A DNA stretch of 64,000 nucleotides from Nemertoderma westbladi (Eukaryota; Animalia; Xenacoelomorpha), in NCBI GenBank assembly GCA_032718475.1, contig JAUCBJ010008887.1:259-64258 (forward strand). The letters run 5' to 3'. The translations under genes were made by a program, and so were the position numbers. The notes below the pieces were generated by a model that was not told the origin of the DNA, ran no database searches, and saw only the letters and a list, made by a program, of their open reading frames with translations. Positions 1 through 10,667 of this stretch are shown here, piece after piece. Position 1 is the first letter of the stretch, and the number at the start of each line of letters is the position of its first letter.

Positions 1-123
1 GAATGTTTCCGGCGCTTTCTGACTCCGTTCCGTAACGTCGATAGTCAGTTCAAGGACCGCGCGCTGACCAAACTCAGTCTGAGAGACTCAGCTGCGGAGA
101 AACTGAGTAGCGCTGGATTTGCC

Positions 124-1344
124 GTGTTTCAAGACATTTGTATACAGAACTCACATTCATCTGTTATACAAAGACCCCGAATACCTACAGGTTATTCTGT
201 CGTGGAAATACAGACAGTGGATCCACTTACTGAGACAGACGCACCCACTTCGTCTATACAGCTGGAGGATGAACCAGTGTGCTTGGAATCAGAAGCGATT
301 CAGCCTACAACTTCCCGGAGCAGTGACAATGATTATGTCATAGAGTGGTATCAAGGTCCACAGCGTCTCACAGCGTACGATTATCGACACGCCAACTACG
401 TTTCTCGAAAACGTTGTCGATTATGCGCATCGAGAGACCACTTCACCCCTCTAGACTCGAGCGTACCTTGTTCCTATTTCCTCGAACAACCGATGATGGA
501 AATATATTGTGCTTATAGCCGGCTTAATAACTCTCATATATTTGCAGTCTGCCCACAATTTATGACTCAATGTCACTACTGTCAACTTAAAGGACATGAA
601 AGTTACAATTGTCCCTTTAATCGCGATTTAGAGAGCGTAGACGAGATAATCACCCTGCGATACATCCGAGCTTGGGAAGCGAACGCGGATTTACATTGCG
701 AATCCCGACATCGCTATTACCCTGGACGAGCTTACGAAGGAGTTTACGCGTTCCATCCTTATCTATTCGCGTCGATTGAACATAAAACACGCGTACCAAG
801 TTACGAGTTAATGAAGCGTGTTGGTGAGTGTATTTCCACCAAGTTTGTCAGGAAATACCTTAGAAACGTTAACCCTAATGATATAACCACATATCACCTG
901 ATCAATTTTATCCGTCAGGACCCTGAGTATGGCGACATCTTTGTGAACTCGCATCCTGAACTACAGGAAATATCTCGGCGACCATATGAATATCGAACCC
1001 GAGAACGCGAGCTGGAGAGAACCATTAAACCGAGAAAGTTCCTCACCACTCACGGTCCACCCACCGCTAGTGTCCAGACAACCCGTCAGGGACCCGTAGG
1101 AGCTGCTGTCCTGAGACGCGCTCTAAAGGCCGTTAGACCTCGCTCCCCCGAGGTTGATATTAATCAACCAGGTACTTCGACCGGTGGGTATACCGATCGT
1201 AACCCTGCACCTTCTGATGCAATTATATTGCACCCTTCGCCTAGGAGCTACAGCCCTCCTCGTAAAGTGGCTCGCCCCAAAGAGAAAAGGACTCTTGCTA
1301 GCTTTAAAAAACTGTGTAAACGCCGTCCGCGCAAGAAAGACTAA
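124..1344 (+). CDS. Accessory ORF (env position) with three CCHC-type zinc-knuckle-like motifs and a basic C-terminal tail
   Basis: Motifs CRLCASRDH..C, CAYSRLNNSH....C (second Cys is S here, C in the paralog) and CHYCQLKGHESYNC, followed by WEANADLH..SRHR. The C-terminus KKLCKRRPRKKD is NLS-like. A paralog lies at 48362-49255. The true start may lie upstream of the window. Confidence 0.75.
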   Translation: MFQDICIQNSHSSVIQRPRIPTGYSVVEIQTVDPLTETDAPTSSIQLEDEPVCLESEAIQPTTSRSSDNDYVIEWYQGPQRLTAYDYRHANYVSRKRCRLCASRDHFTPLDSSVPCSYFLEQPMMEIYCAYSRLNNSHIFAVCPQFMTQCHYCQLKGHESYNCPFNRDLESVDEIITLRYIRAWEANADLHCESRHRYYPGRAYEGVYAFHPYLFASIEHKTRVPSYELMKRVGECISTKFVRKYLRNVNPNDITTYHLINFIRQDPEYGDIFVNSHPELQEISRRPYEYRTRERELERTIKPRKFLTTHGPPTASVQTTRQGPVGAAVLRRALKAVRPRSPEVDINQPGTSTGGYTDRNPAPSDAIILHPSPRSYSPPRKVARPKEKRTLASFKKLCKRRPRKKD

Positions 1345-1422
1345 CTGTTTAGAGTATTTATGTATATTAGAAATTGTGATTTTGTATATTTTATAGACTT
1401 AAATCCCATTTTCTGGGAGCGG

Positions 1423-2617
1423 TGTAAAAGCTTTTGTGGGATAACTGATTCGTTTGCCTTGCTAACCAGTTCCCCCCAGGCGCTGGAGTACTCTAAAAAG
1501 GGATCTATAACTCGAATAGCGCAAGCTACCGGCTGATTGGCTGATTTGCTGTGCGAAGGGATCTGGGCTACGTTTGATTGTCCAACCAGCTTGGGAAAGT
1601 TGCCCCACAGCCCTGCTGTCTGTACCTGCCAATAGGATTTGAGTTGATTTTGATTTCGACCTATCACAGATCTACTGAACTGAATTTTCCTATCTGTATG
1701 CTCTTTCTCTGTGTTGGGTGGAAGCCTTTGTAAATTAGGTTATTCTTATCAGTTTTCAGTGTTGTTGGTCTTTATTTCCTGAGCCAGGAGAGAACGGCTT
1801 GGAAATATTTTGTGCTTTTCTGTTTTAGTCGAACACTAGTAGGCTTAATTATAAGGACATATATCCGTTATCAAACTGACAAACAAACTGGTTATCCATC
1901 CAATCCAAACTAATGAACACACTGAATCACTGTGTATACTTTTATATTGTTATACTGCTATTTACTGTCAGTTCTTCATAATATGGTTGATGAATTATTA
2001 TATTTGGAATAACGATAAATAACCCCGAAACCCAATATTCTTGATATACCGAAGGTAAGAGAGAAAGGTTACATATAACGATTGTGACTTATGTTAAAGT
2101 GGTTTGAAGTGAATCTAATGTTATTTGATAGACCCTACATGAGTCGGTCCGTGTTCCTTTTATATATAACTAAAATCAGTGAAGATCGGCAGATCAGTGT
2201 GCAGTATTGTGCAGCATTGTGTATGAGTGAGCCTGATAACGAAGCATTTCCTAAAGAATGCGCCATATATGTGAATTATAACTAAGCCATATCGTTGTGA
2301 GTAGTTTAAGTCATAACTCGGTGTATATAGATAGAGCGCCACGTCCTAAAGGAACTGTTAATATTTCCCGAAGGTGAATAATATTGTCAGAGATTATATA
2401 ATACTGTCAGTCGAATAATACATTAAGCTTACTTAGCAATAAGATTAAGCCGTCGAACCCAAACTCCCGGGTATATCCAGCGGGTGAATGATCGCGCACA
2501 GATTGGTTTCGACTAGTGTAGTGAATTAAATACTTGTCATAGACTAAAAGTGATTTATTATCTAGAAGACATCCTAATTTGGCGGGTTAAACTGCCAAAG
2601 GTCTGAAAGCGCGAACA
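1423..2617 (+). repeat. 3' LTR of copy A (TG...CA, ~1195 bp)
   Basis: Starts TGTAAAAGC after the PPT and ends GCGCGAACA. Its 3' two-thirds are clearly similar to the LTR at 33614-34807. Confidence 0.9.
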
Positions 2618-4856
2618 GAGTATACAAATTGAAGGATGAGTGGGACGTAGAGGTACCAGAGGAAATCAAGAAACAGTGGAGTAAGTGGACAGGAGACGTG
2701 GAGAAGATGGGAACATACAACATGCCACGAGTGTATTTCCCGGATGGGAACATGACGAATCTGGACCTACACATGTTCTCCGATGCGTCGTTGGAGGCGT
2801 ACGGAGCTGCACTCTATTTAGTACAACGAGAGGGGGCTCACAAGCCCAGACTGGCCTTTAGCAAAGCAAAGTCAACGCCGCCAGATTCAGCATCAGTTCC
2901 CAAATTAGAATTGACAGCTGCGAGACTAGGAGTTAGAGCCACAGCCTACCTAGTGGATACTATTCCCAACATAGTGGAGACACACTACTGGACGGACTCC
3001 ATGGTAGTGCTTGGTTGGCTACATAACGAAAGGACGAGATACCCAATATTCGTCGCGAATAGGGTGGACGAGATAAGGGCGACCACAGAATTGGAAAGGT
3101 GGCACTACTGCCCAACGGATGAGAACCCAGCGGACTTGTTATCACGGGGCGTGGCACGCCACACTTTCTTAAAAAAGGAAGGATTGTGGCAACACGGGCC
3201 GCAGTTTCTGAGCGACAAGGAGGCCTGGCCGCCGATGAGAAAGGTGGACCCGGACTCAGGAGAGGTAGTGTCAGAAGGAGAAGAGGGAGATTCAGAGGGA
3301 GAAGAGATATACTCCCAGATGGTGAGGGAGACGTGCAACCTAAACCAGAAGAACTGTGCGATAACCCGACAGATAAACTCCTCAGCTACAGCTCTAGTTG
3401 GTATAAGACCAAGAAATTAGTGGCGTACTGGAGAGCCTTCGGGAATTTCCTCGCGGGAGTTGGCAAGGACAAGAAGATCAGGACAACCATAGATCTGGAA
3501 GGAGCGGCCAAGGCAGTCATCCGCTATGAACAACAGAAGAACTATGGCGACGAGGTGGAACGCGTCGGTAACCAACAGCACCTTCGACGGGACAGCGAGC
3601 TAATCACGCTGTCGCCACAACTTAATGACGACGGGATTCTAGTAAGGAATTCTAGGGTGGGATACAACAACAGCATAGTCGTACCACCGAAACCCATCAT
3701 CATTCCCACAGGATCGCCGATAGTCCACCAGATTATCTGGGACTCCCATAAGTCAATATTGCACGGGGGCACCAACCGAACCCTCACGGAGATAAGGAGG
3801 ACCTTTTGGGTCAAACAGTTGAGGAAGAAGGTAAAAGCGGTAGTGGGGCAGTGCCAGACCTGCCGACGAGCAAAGAAGGCGAGAGCCATACAAGAGATGG
3901 CACCACTACCGGCGAGTAGAGTAAGACAGCACGACCCGCCATTTACACATTGCGGTGTGGACATGTTCGGGCCGATAAAGATCAAGGTGATGCGGCACAC
4001 GGAGAAACGCTACGGTATTATCTTCGTATGTAACAACACGCGGGCGGTAGGGATAGAACTCGCCCAAGATGCAACCGCATCAGCATTTATTAATGCATTA
4101 GAAAGATTCAGAGACCGCAAAGGTGGGACGATCGCAGTGATATACAGCGACAACGGCACCAATTTTGTGGGGGCAGAGAACGAGATGGCAGAGGCCTTGG
4201 ATATCCTGGAAGGAGAAGAAGTCAGGGCAGCCATGAGGCGACGACAAGTAAAGTGGGAGAGAAGGACGCCGTATGCACCACATACACTAGGATGCGTCGA
4301 GAGACTGGTGGGCAGTTCGAAGCGTCTCATGACGAAATTAATGAACACCCATATGGTCACAGAGGACGTCTTGAGAACAGTATTAGCGAAGTGTGAGGGT
4401 ATCATTAATAGCAGACCACTATATCCGGAGAATGATGACCCTGAGTCACTAGACGTGCTGACGCCAAGCCATTTTCTAATGGAAAGGCCAGCGACCATCG
4501 ATATGCGGGGTGTAGATCCAGACGACATACACTCCCGCCAAAGTTGGAAAGTCGCTAAAGCAATAAGCGCAGAGTATTGGAGGAGGGGGGTAGAAGAATA
4601 CCTACCCACGCTCCATAAAAGAAGCAAGTAGAGGAAGCCGAATAGGGAGTTAAGAGTAGGAGATCTCGTAATCGTTACGGATGATACTATCATCAACAAC
4701 CAGTGGCGGTTGGCGAGAGTTGTAGGCACTTACTCCGATGAGGACGGAAGAGTCCGATCGGTAGAAGTGCGGATAGGTGGTAAGATAGGTGCGAAGGACA
4801 GAAAAACCTACAGGAGAGCTGTAGGGAAATGCTGTCTGTTAGAAGGGGCACCTTAG
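2618..4856 (+). pseudogene. pol: Bel/Pao pol C-terminal part: RNase H, integrase and C-terminal domain, disrupted
   Basis: RNase H motifs LHMFSDASLEAYGA, VPKLELTAA, YWTDS, FVANRV, NPADLLSRG and WQHGPQFL. Integrase has the Zn finger H-H..CQTC, GVDMFGP, SDNGTNF and ERLV. There is a frameshift between ORFs 2629-3420 and 3186-4631, and a TAG at 4629-4631 where RSKW is expected, with the frame open to 4856 (VGDLV..W.LARV..DGRVRSV). Confidence 0.93.
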
Positions 4857-4971
4857 TGGAGTTAGAGAAGAGTTTAGTCGTCCAAGCTTTGGACTGAGGG
4901 GGGTGGGATTGAGGGCGAGACACCCTTCCCACACATAAAAAATAGAAAATAAAAATAAAATAATAGTACAT

Positions 4972-5566
4972 AGTAGGTACGCAATTAGTAGGCAGAAGTT
5001 AGTCAGTAAGAAGGTACGTAGTACCTAGAGTTAGTTAGTTAAGAGGTACATAGTACCTAGAGTTAGTTAGTTAGTTAGGAGGTACGTAGTACCTAGAGTT
5101 AGTTAGTTAAGAGGTACGTAGTACCTAGAGTTAGTTAGTTAGTTAGGAGGTACGTAGTACCTAGAGTTAGTTAGTTAGTTAGGAGGTACGTAGTACCGCT
5201 AGTTAGGAGAGAGTTAGAGGGTACGTAGTACCGTGAGTTAGAGGGTACGTAGTACCGCTAGTTAGGAGAGAGTTAGAGGGTACGTAGTACCGCTAGTTAG
5301 GAGAGAGTTAGAGGGTACGTAGTACCATGAGTTAGAGGGTACGTAGTACCGTTAGTTAGAGAGTTAGAGGGTACGTAGTACCGTTAGTTAGAGAGTTAGA
5401 GGGTACGTAGTACCGTTAGTTAGAGAGTTAGAGGGTACGTAGTACCGTTAGTTAGAGAGCAGTAAGAGGGTACTTAGTACCGTTAGTTAGAGAAGAGTTA
5501 GAGGGTACGTAGTACCGTTAGTTAGTTAAAGAGAGCAAGAGTTAGTTAGAAAGTACGTAGTACTAG
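4972..5566 (+). repeat. Tandem array of ~20-35 bp units built on a GTACGTAGTAC core with (GTTA)n/GAGA spacers
   Basis: More than 15 near-identical GTACGTAGTAC cores between pol and the extra ORF of element B. Confidence 0.9.
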
Positions 5567-5938
5567 TTAGTAAGAGATAGAGATAGAGGTAGAAGGGTAT
5601 ATATGGTATAGATATCAGTTAGTAATTAGTAGCGAGAGGGGGGCATATGAGTACAGCTGGATAAATCGTGTGGCCACACGACGCATACTGTTGTACTGCA
5701 CAGGCCCACAGAGTAGGCCAGAATGTGGATTAGGAGATAGAATAATCCATAGGCAGTAGCAAGTAGTAGGACAGTAGGGTTATAATAAATTAAAAATAAA
5801 TAGGATAAATAGGGCTAAGAAGGGGAACAAAATTATGGTAACAGTAATAAGAAAATATAGGCTATTTAACTCAGAAATTCAGAAAGAGATAGGCCATCGA
5901 ACTGAACTTAAACCACCTAAACCCATCACTCATCACGT

Positions 5939-7420
5939 TTGCGCCTTGGCAAGGCACCACCTACTGGTGAGCGATCGGGCAGAGTTCGAGATGGCAGGCA
6001 AACTAGATGGGAGAGGAGAGAAGCAGAAGAGAGGGAGGAGGAAGCTAGGGCGCAGAGCTACGGCTTTGAGGAACAAACGACCTTAGACGAACTTCGCTGG
6101 GCTTCGTCAGGGAGTTCGGGGGAGTCTCTAGGGAAAGAACTGGGGCGGACGGTGGGATCACCGAGACAGTCGACGTCGGGATTGCAAGCGATGCCCATAC
6201 CAGCGGGCGCCGAGGGCGATCAACCGCAAAGGAAGCTAGGGGAGCTCGAGGAATGGAGAGTTACGGGCAAGAACCAAGGCGGGAAGGGACATAGTGGGTC
6301 CACCAGGATACCGGGGTTGGGACCACTGCGAGAGGAGGACGAGGACGACGACGAGTTTGGAGAGATGCCGCCCATCGAGAGAATAGGCCACTCGGACACG
6401 GACTGGGCTGGCGGGAGGGTGGTGACGGCCAGTGGGGGGAGAGCCTTCTGGGACAAACCCGGCAAGCGGGCCTGGGTGCATGAGGAGCCGGCAATGGATT
6501 TCGCGGGGAGCACTATCAGGTTGGGCGAGCAACCGGGGACGGCACCACGGGTAGTATTTGGAGAGACGATGCCCGGGAGGGGCGAGGAGATCGACGTAGA
6601 CAGGGACGCTAACGTCCAGAAGTTCGCCTATCAGTGACTCCACAGACCGAGGAGATCGCTTGGGACGAAAGACGACGTGGGGCGGGAGACATTGGTGCTC
6701 GGTTGCGACTACTGTGGGAGACAGACCCACCAGGAAAGGAGCTGTTTGTACCGGTTCCAGAAAGGGACCAGCTGTCTCTACTGCCACAAGACGAGCCACA
6801 GGATGGGAGCGTGTCCACGGTTGCAGAACCGATGTCCGAAGTGCAACTTTCGGGGACACCACGGACGCCAGTGCGACTGGATGGACGACGAAGAGAAGTT
6901 CAGAAGATTCGAGGAGTGGGCCGACGTCGGGGCCATGACGCGCCAGCGCATGAAGGCCCAGGAGTTCAAGTGGGGTTTCTTCCTTATCAATCAGGAAGCT
7001 CACATGGAAATCATAAAGCGGAGGCTACCGTTTACCTATCAAGAGGTAGCAATGGTGGCATCGTATGCCGGGGTGATGAATACACAAAGGTATTTGGACA
7101 GGTGGACGCCACAGAACCGAGGGGAGTTTAGGGATTTCTTGGCGGAGCACGTGCCGCGAGCAATGAAGATGATCATATGGGACGCCACCAGGGGGAGACA
7201 ACAGGGCCACTTGGAGGGGCCACCCGCGAAGCGATATCGGGAGCTGATAACACCAACACCCAGGGAGCCAGCGACAGGGATCAGCAAGGAAGTGGCGGCG
7301 AGGGTCCGGAGACAGAAAGCGGATCCCAGAGGAGCGGTAGTGACCAGGAAAAAACCCAGGGAGGAGGACGACAAAGGGAAAGACTTGAGGTGGTTCCCAA
7401 AGTCAGGGGGGATGAACTGA
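5939..7420 (+). pseudogene. Accessory ORF of family BD (triple zinc knuckle), split by an in-frame TGA at 6635-6637
   Basis: ORFs 5939-6637 and 6677-7420 are in the same frame. Motifs CDYCGRQTH....C, CLYCHKTSH....C and CPKCNFRGHHGRQC, then FEEWADVG..TRQR, matching the layout of ORF 124-1344. The start codon is uncertain. Confidence 0.72.
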
Positions 7421-8100
7421 GACTTCAATGTGGTACGCCTGGAAGGCGCCACGTGGGACGTACGAACTATTAAGTACAAACTCAAACTGATGCAAATAAT
7501 TAAATAAGTGCAATTATATGTATGTACGTAGTAATCAGTAGTTTAGTCAAAAAAAAAAATATACGTTCGAAGTAAGTACTATAGTCACTCAACCTTTCTC
7601 AATTAGCTACTGGGACTGGGGGGCAAACTGACTATGGTACTATGGACGAGACACCAGACGACTTCACATTTCTTGAGTGCAACGGCACAAAGGGGGGTGA
7701 GACTCGTCAGATGAGATAGGGTAGTCAAAGAGAGACGGAGCAACAGTGCGAAGTGCGGAGAGAGTGCGGATGCAATTCTAGTGTGGGGGGGGAGGAATAA
7801 GAGGCTGAGTGAGGGATGAGGAGGTCCGAGGGTGTGCGAGAGTTAGGGTGAGAGTTGAGAAGAGATAGGGCGAAAGTGTTGGGGAAACAAAAGTCGTGTG
7901 AGAGGTGAGCGGATCGGCCCGACATGGGACGCCAGGCATACAGGGTAGCGTTATCATACCCATAGGGAGCGGCCTGGAAAGCCGGCTCCGAGAGAAAAGC
8001 ATTCCACCCCACACCCGATACTAGATCGGGATCCAGCGGGATTGTAGCGCACTTTGAGGTGGATGCTATCTTCTCACCGGGAAGATAGCATGGGGGGGAG

Positions 8101-8644
8101 TGTTAGCTTATTCAATCCCGCGAACCCAAACCCATAAAGTAAGCCGATAAGCAATATTGGGGGCCACGAAATTGGGTAATCAATCACTCGTGTCACCCCA
8201 ACAAAATGGGAAGGAGAAACACACAATGAGGGTCAGGGGCCAAACCCCTAACAGAGAGAGAATAGGTGGAGTGAACGGGAACACTCCAAATGGCGCCAAC
8301 AAGGGTATCAACCAATCAGAGGGGGGAAAGGCATCGGCTAGGTAGAGTAACAAGGCCAACCCGTGCAATATAACTGGTTGGCAGTAATCATTTCATTCAG
8401 TTATCTCAGTGTTAGTTATTGGTGTTACTGTAGTTTACAACATTTAGCTAGGGAAGTACCGGGACTTCAATTACCGTATCCCGCTTTCCATGTACAACAA
8501 CATTATTATTATATCATATCTATATCTATATACCCAAGTATTATACACATCGAACAACCGAAACTCTTTTACTCTTCACACACGGCGGGGACGCGTGAAC
8601 TGACAAAACCGGATAAATCAGGATCCTATCTGGATCCCGTCACA
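8101..8644 (+). repeat. 3' LTR of element B (TGTTAGC...GTCACA, 544 bp)
   Basis: Follows the PPT and is highly similar to 62227-62774 and to the inverted copy at 46685-47224. It contains CCAAT, TATA-like (CAATATAAC) and Inr-like (TCAGTT) motifs. Confidence 0.93.
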
Positions 8645-8645
8645 C

Positions 8646-9566
8646 AATTTACTATTTACAACATACGAAACTAAAAATGGGCTACTGGGTGCGGGTGGTT
8701 TTCATCAACCTTTATCTGAACACGGAAATGAAATTGACCCAGGCGCGCATCCTATTGGCAATGCCTTTAGTAAACAAATGCAATTTGTAAGTGGATTGAC
8801 GATTGATTTTGATTCTGAAAGTAAAATAATACAACCCGGGTATGATTTAAGAATGCATTTTAGAAAAGTATCAAATTCGTTTATTTTTAAAATCACTCCA
8901 AACGCAAACGCTGTGACAAATCTTCGGTTAGAATTAGATGAAGTAAAGATCCTAATCCCTAGAATGGAGGTTAATCCCATAATAGAAAGCAGTCACCTAA
9001 AAGGTTTAGAGAGTTACGATATTGAATATCAATTCCAAAAAAAGGAGGTTACAACATTTACTATTCCCGCTCAAACCACAAATTACACCCAAACAAACAT
9101 ATTTGATGGTAAAAAACCCAAATTAGTTATTATCGGTTTTATAACAAATAATGCATATTCGGGAGAATTAATTAGCAATCCCTTGAAATTTGAACATTTT
9201 AACCTTAGACGCGCGGAACTGATTGTAGACGGTCTTCCAGTAGGTGGTGTAATATACGAGCCTAATTTTACAGATGGAACATACATTTTTGAGTATACTC
9301 AATTAATGAAAAACATTAATACATATATTAACGGTTATGGAGGTAATAATATAGACCATGAAACCTACTTAGGTAATTGCCCGCTCATATCTTGGGACCT
9401 AACCGCCGACGGCTATGTTAGAGATCCGCAACCATCGATATATACTAACGGCCAATTAAAATTAAGATTTGCCGAACCGTTGATTGAGACCATAAATGTA
9501 ATCGTTTTTAATATTTATGATCAATCATTAAGTTTAAATAGCAGGAAAGAAATACATATCGATTAA
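8646..9566 (+). pseudogene. Polinton double jelly-roll major capsid protein, C-terminal part (N-terminus cut off by the LTR insertion)
   Basis: The frame is open from 8646 (NLLFTTYETKNGLLGAGGF) into ORF 8778-9566. Motifs resemble Polinton MCP: IFDGKKPKLVIIGF, AYSG....NPLKFEHFNL, L.VDG, WDLT, G.LKLRFAEPL....VIV. Confidence 0.82.
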
Positions 9567-9568
9567 GT

Positions 9569-10027
9569 ATGTTATCTACAGAGGACCTTGATATGTTTCC
9601 AGTGGGTGGTCACTATTTGGGAGCGTTTCCATCTAACAAATTACCTAAATTAGATAATAATAATAAACGGAGGAGAGATTATGGGTTAATAGTAAACACC
9701 GATAAACAGCATCTGCCCGGGGTTCATTGGATCGCTATATATATACGAGATAATGAGGCTGAATTATTTAATTCATTCGGACCAAAATATCCAAACAGAT
9801 GTATCGAAAAATGGCTTGAGAAAAATTCAGCGAGGTGGCGTACTACCCGGAAACAATTTCAAGACCCCAGGAGGACCACATGTGGATTATACTGTCTTTA
9901 TTACTTGGTAAATCGAATTCACACAAACTATCCAATGAGAGCGTTTACAAATAATGTGGAAATAAATGAAATAATATTATATAAATGGCTTGTTAATTAT
10001 TATAAAATAAACCAACAAGCGTTGTAA
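9569..10027 (+). CDS. Adenain-like cysteine maturation protease
   Basis: YLGAFP, IVNTD....PGVHWIAIY, F.SFG and Q....TTCGLYC, the His/Gln/Cys layout of adenoviral and Polinton proteases. Confidence 0.9.
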   Translation: MLSTEDLDMFPVGGHYLGAFPSNKLPKLDNNNKRRRDYGLIVNTDKQHLPGVHWIAIYIRDNEAELFNSFGPKYPNRCIEKWLEKNSARWRTTRKQFQDPRRTTCGLYCLYYLVNRIHTNYPMRAFTNNVEINEIILYKWLVNYYKINQQAL

Positions 10028-10058
10028 TTAATCATTTAACTTTTGTTTATCAGATAAA

Positions 10059-10667
10059 ATGGATAATATTATTTTTGTTGATTTTCAATATTATAAGATA
10101 GACAATAAGGAATATCCAGTAGCATTTAAAGAATTTGCTATATTCGATTCTAATTACACCAAAACTAATGTAAAGACGTTTTTAATTAAAGGTCCGCCTA
10201 ATATTAAGTTATCAGCAATAGATGTAGCTCACGTAAACAATTTACGAGACATGACTTCGCATTTACCTTGGGATTACGGTGACATTTCGCAAGATGACTT
10301 TAAAAAATACATGAAGAGACATTTAAAATATAAAAAAAATATACATGTATTTGGTTTGATGAAGCGGGCAATATTAGTTTCCCAACTTGATGTTCTCGCA
10401 CCAAATTCGATGGAGAAATTGTGGATATATCAATATCGGCAATATTACAATTATTTAACCCCCTGTCGCTTCCACGATCAATTTATTGCACTAGAAAATA
10501 AATGTGCATTCCACTTAAACACAAGGGATAACTGTCTGCAGTACTGCTCTGCTAAACGTGTCGGCGGGTTTGAATTGAAACGATTTTTCGTGAGAAAGCG
10601 TTTAACTGACACTGATGATGATAAACAGAAAGAAATAACTGCGGTGGAAGATGTACTCGTACAGTAG
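10059..10667 (+). CDS. Polinton-associated DEDD/DnaQ-like exonuclease-fold protein (divergent)
   Basis: N-terminal IIFVDFQ...FKEFA, a H.LPW..G motif, and a C-terminal C..H....CS Cys/His cluster. Confidence 0.5.
   Translation: MDNIIFVDFQYYKIDNKEYPVAFKEFAIFDSNYTKTNVKTFLIKGPPNIKLSAIDVAHVNNLRDMTSHLPWDYGDISQDDFKKYMKRHLKYKKNIHVFGLMKRAILVSQLDVLAPNSMEKLWIYQYRQYYNYLTPCRFHDQFIALENKCAFHLNTRDNCLQYCSAKRVGGFELKRFFVRKRLTDTDDDKQKEITAVEDVLVQ

Larger units (their letters stand above)
1..2617 (+). mobile_element. 3' end of a Bel/Pao LTR retrotransposon (family AC, copy A), nested in the pol gene of element B
   Basis: The extra ORF, the PPT-like TGGGAGCGG and the LTR match the 3' end of the full-length element at 33614-50128. 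Right after the LTR end (GCGAACA, 2617) the sequence resumes in the RT/RNase H coding region of a different Pao element. Confidence 0.9.
2618..8644 (+). mobile_element. 3' half of a Bel/Pao LTR retrotransposon (family BD, copy B), inserted in the Polinton capsid gene
   Basis: Pao RNase H and integrase, extra ORF, PPT GGGGGGGAG (8092-8100) and LTR 8101-8644. Capsid coding sequence resumes immediately after the LTR. Confidence 0.92.

Noticed and set aside
3542-4729. Long antisense ORFs over pol, LINE RT and Kelch genes
   Set aside because: Shadow frames of real coding sequence with biased composition.
4972-5566. CRISPR-like repeat/spacer appearance
   Set aside because: The spacers are not unique, the context is a eukaryotic retrotransposon, and there are no cas genes.
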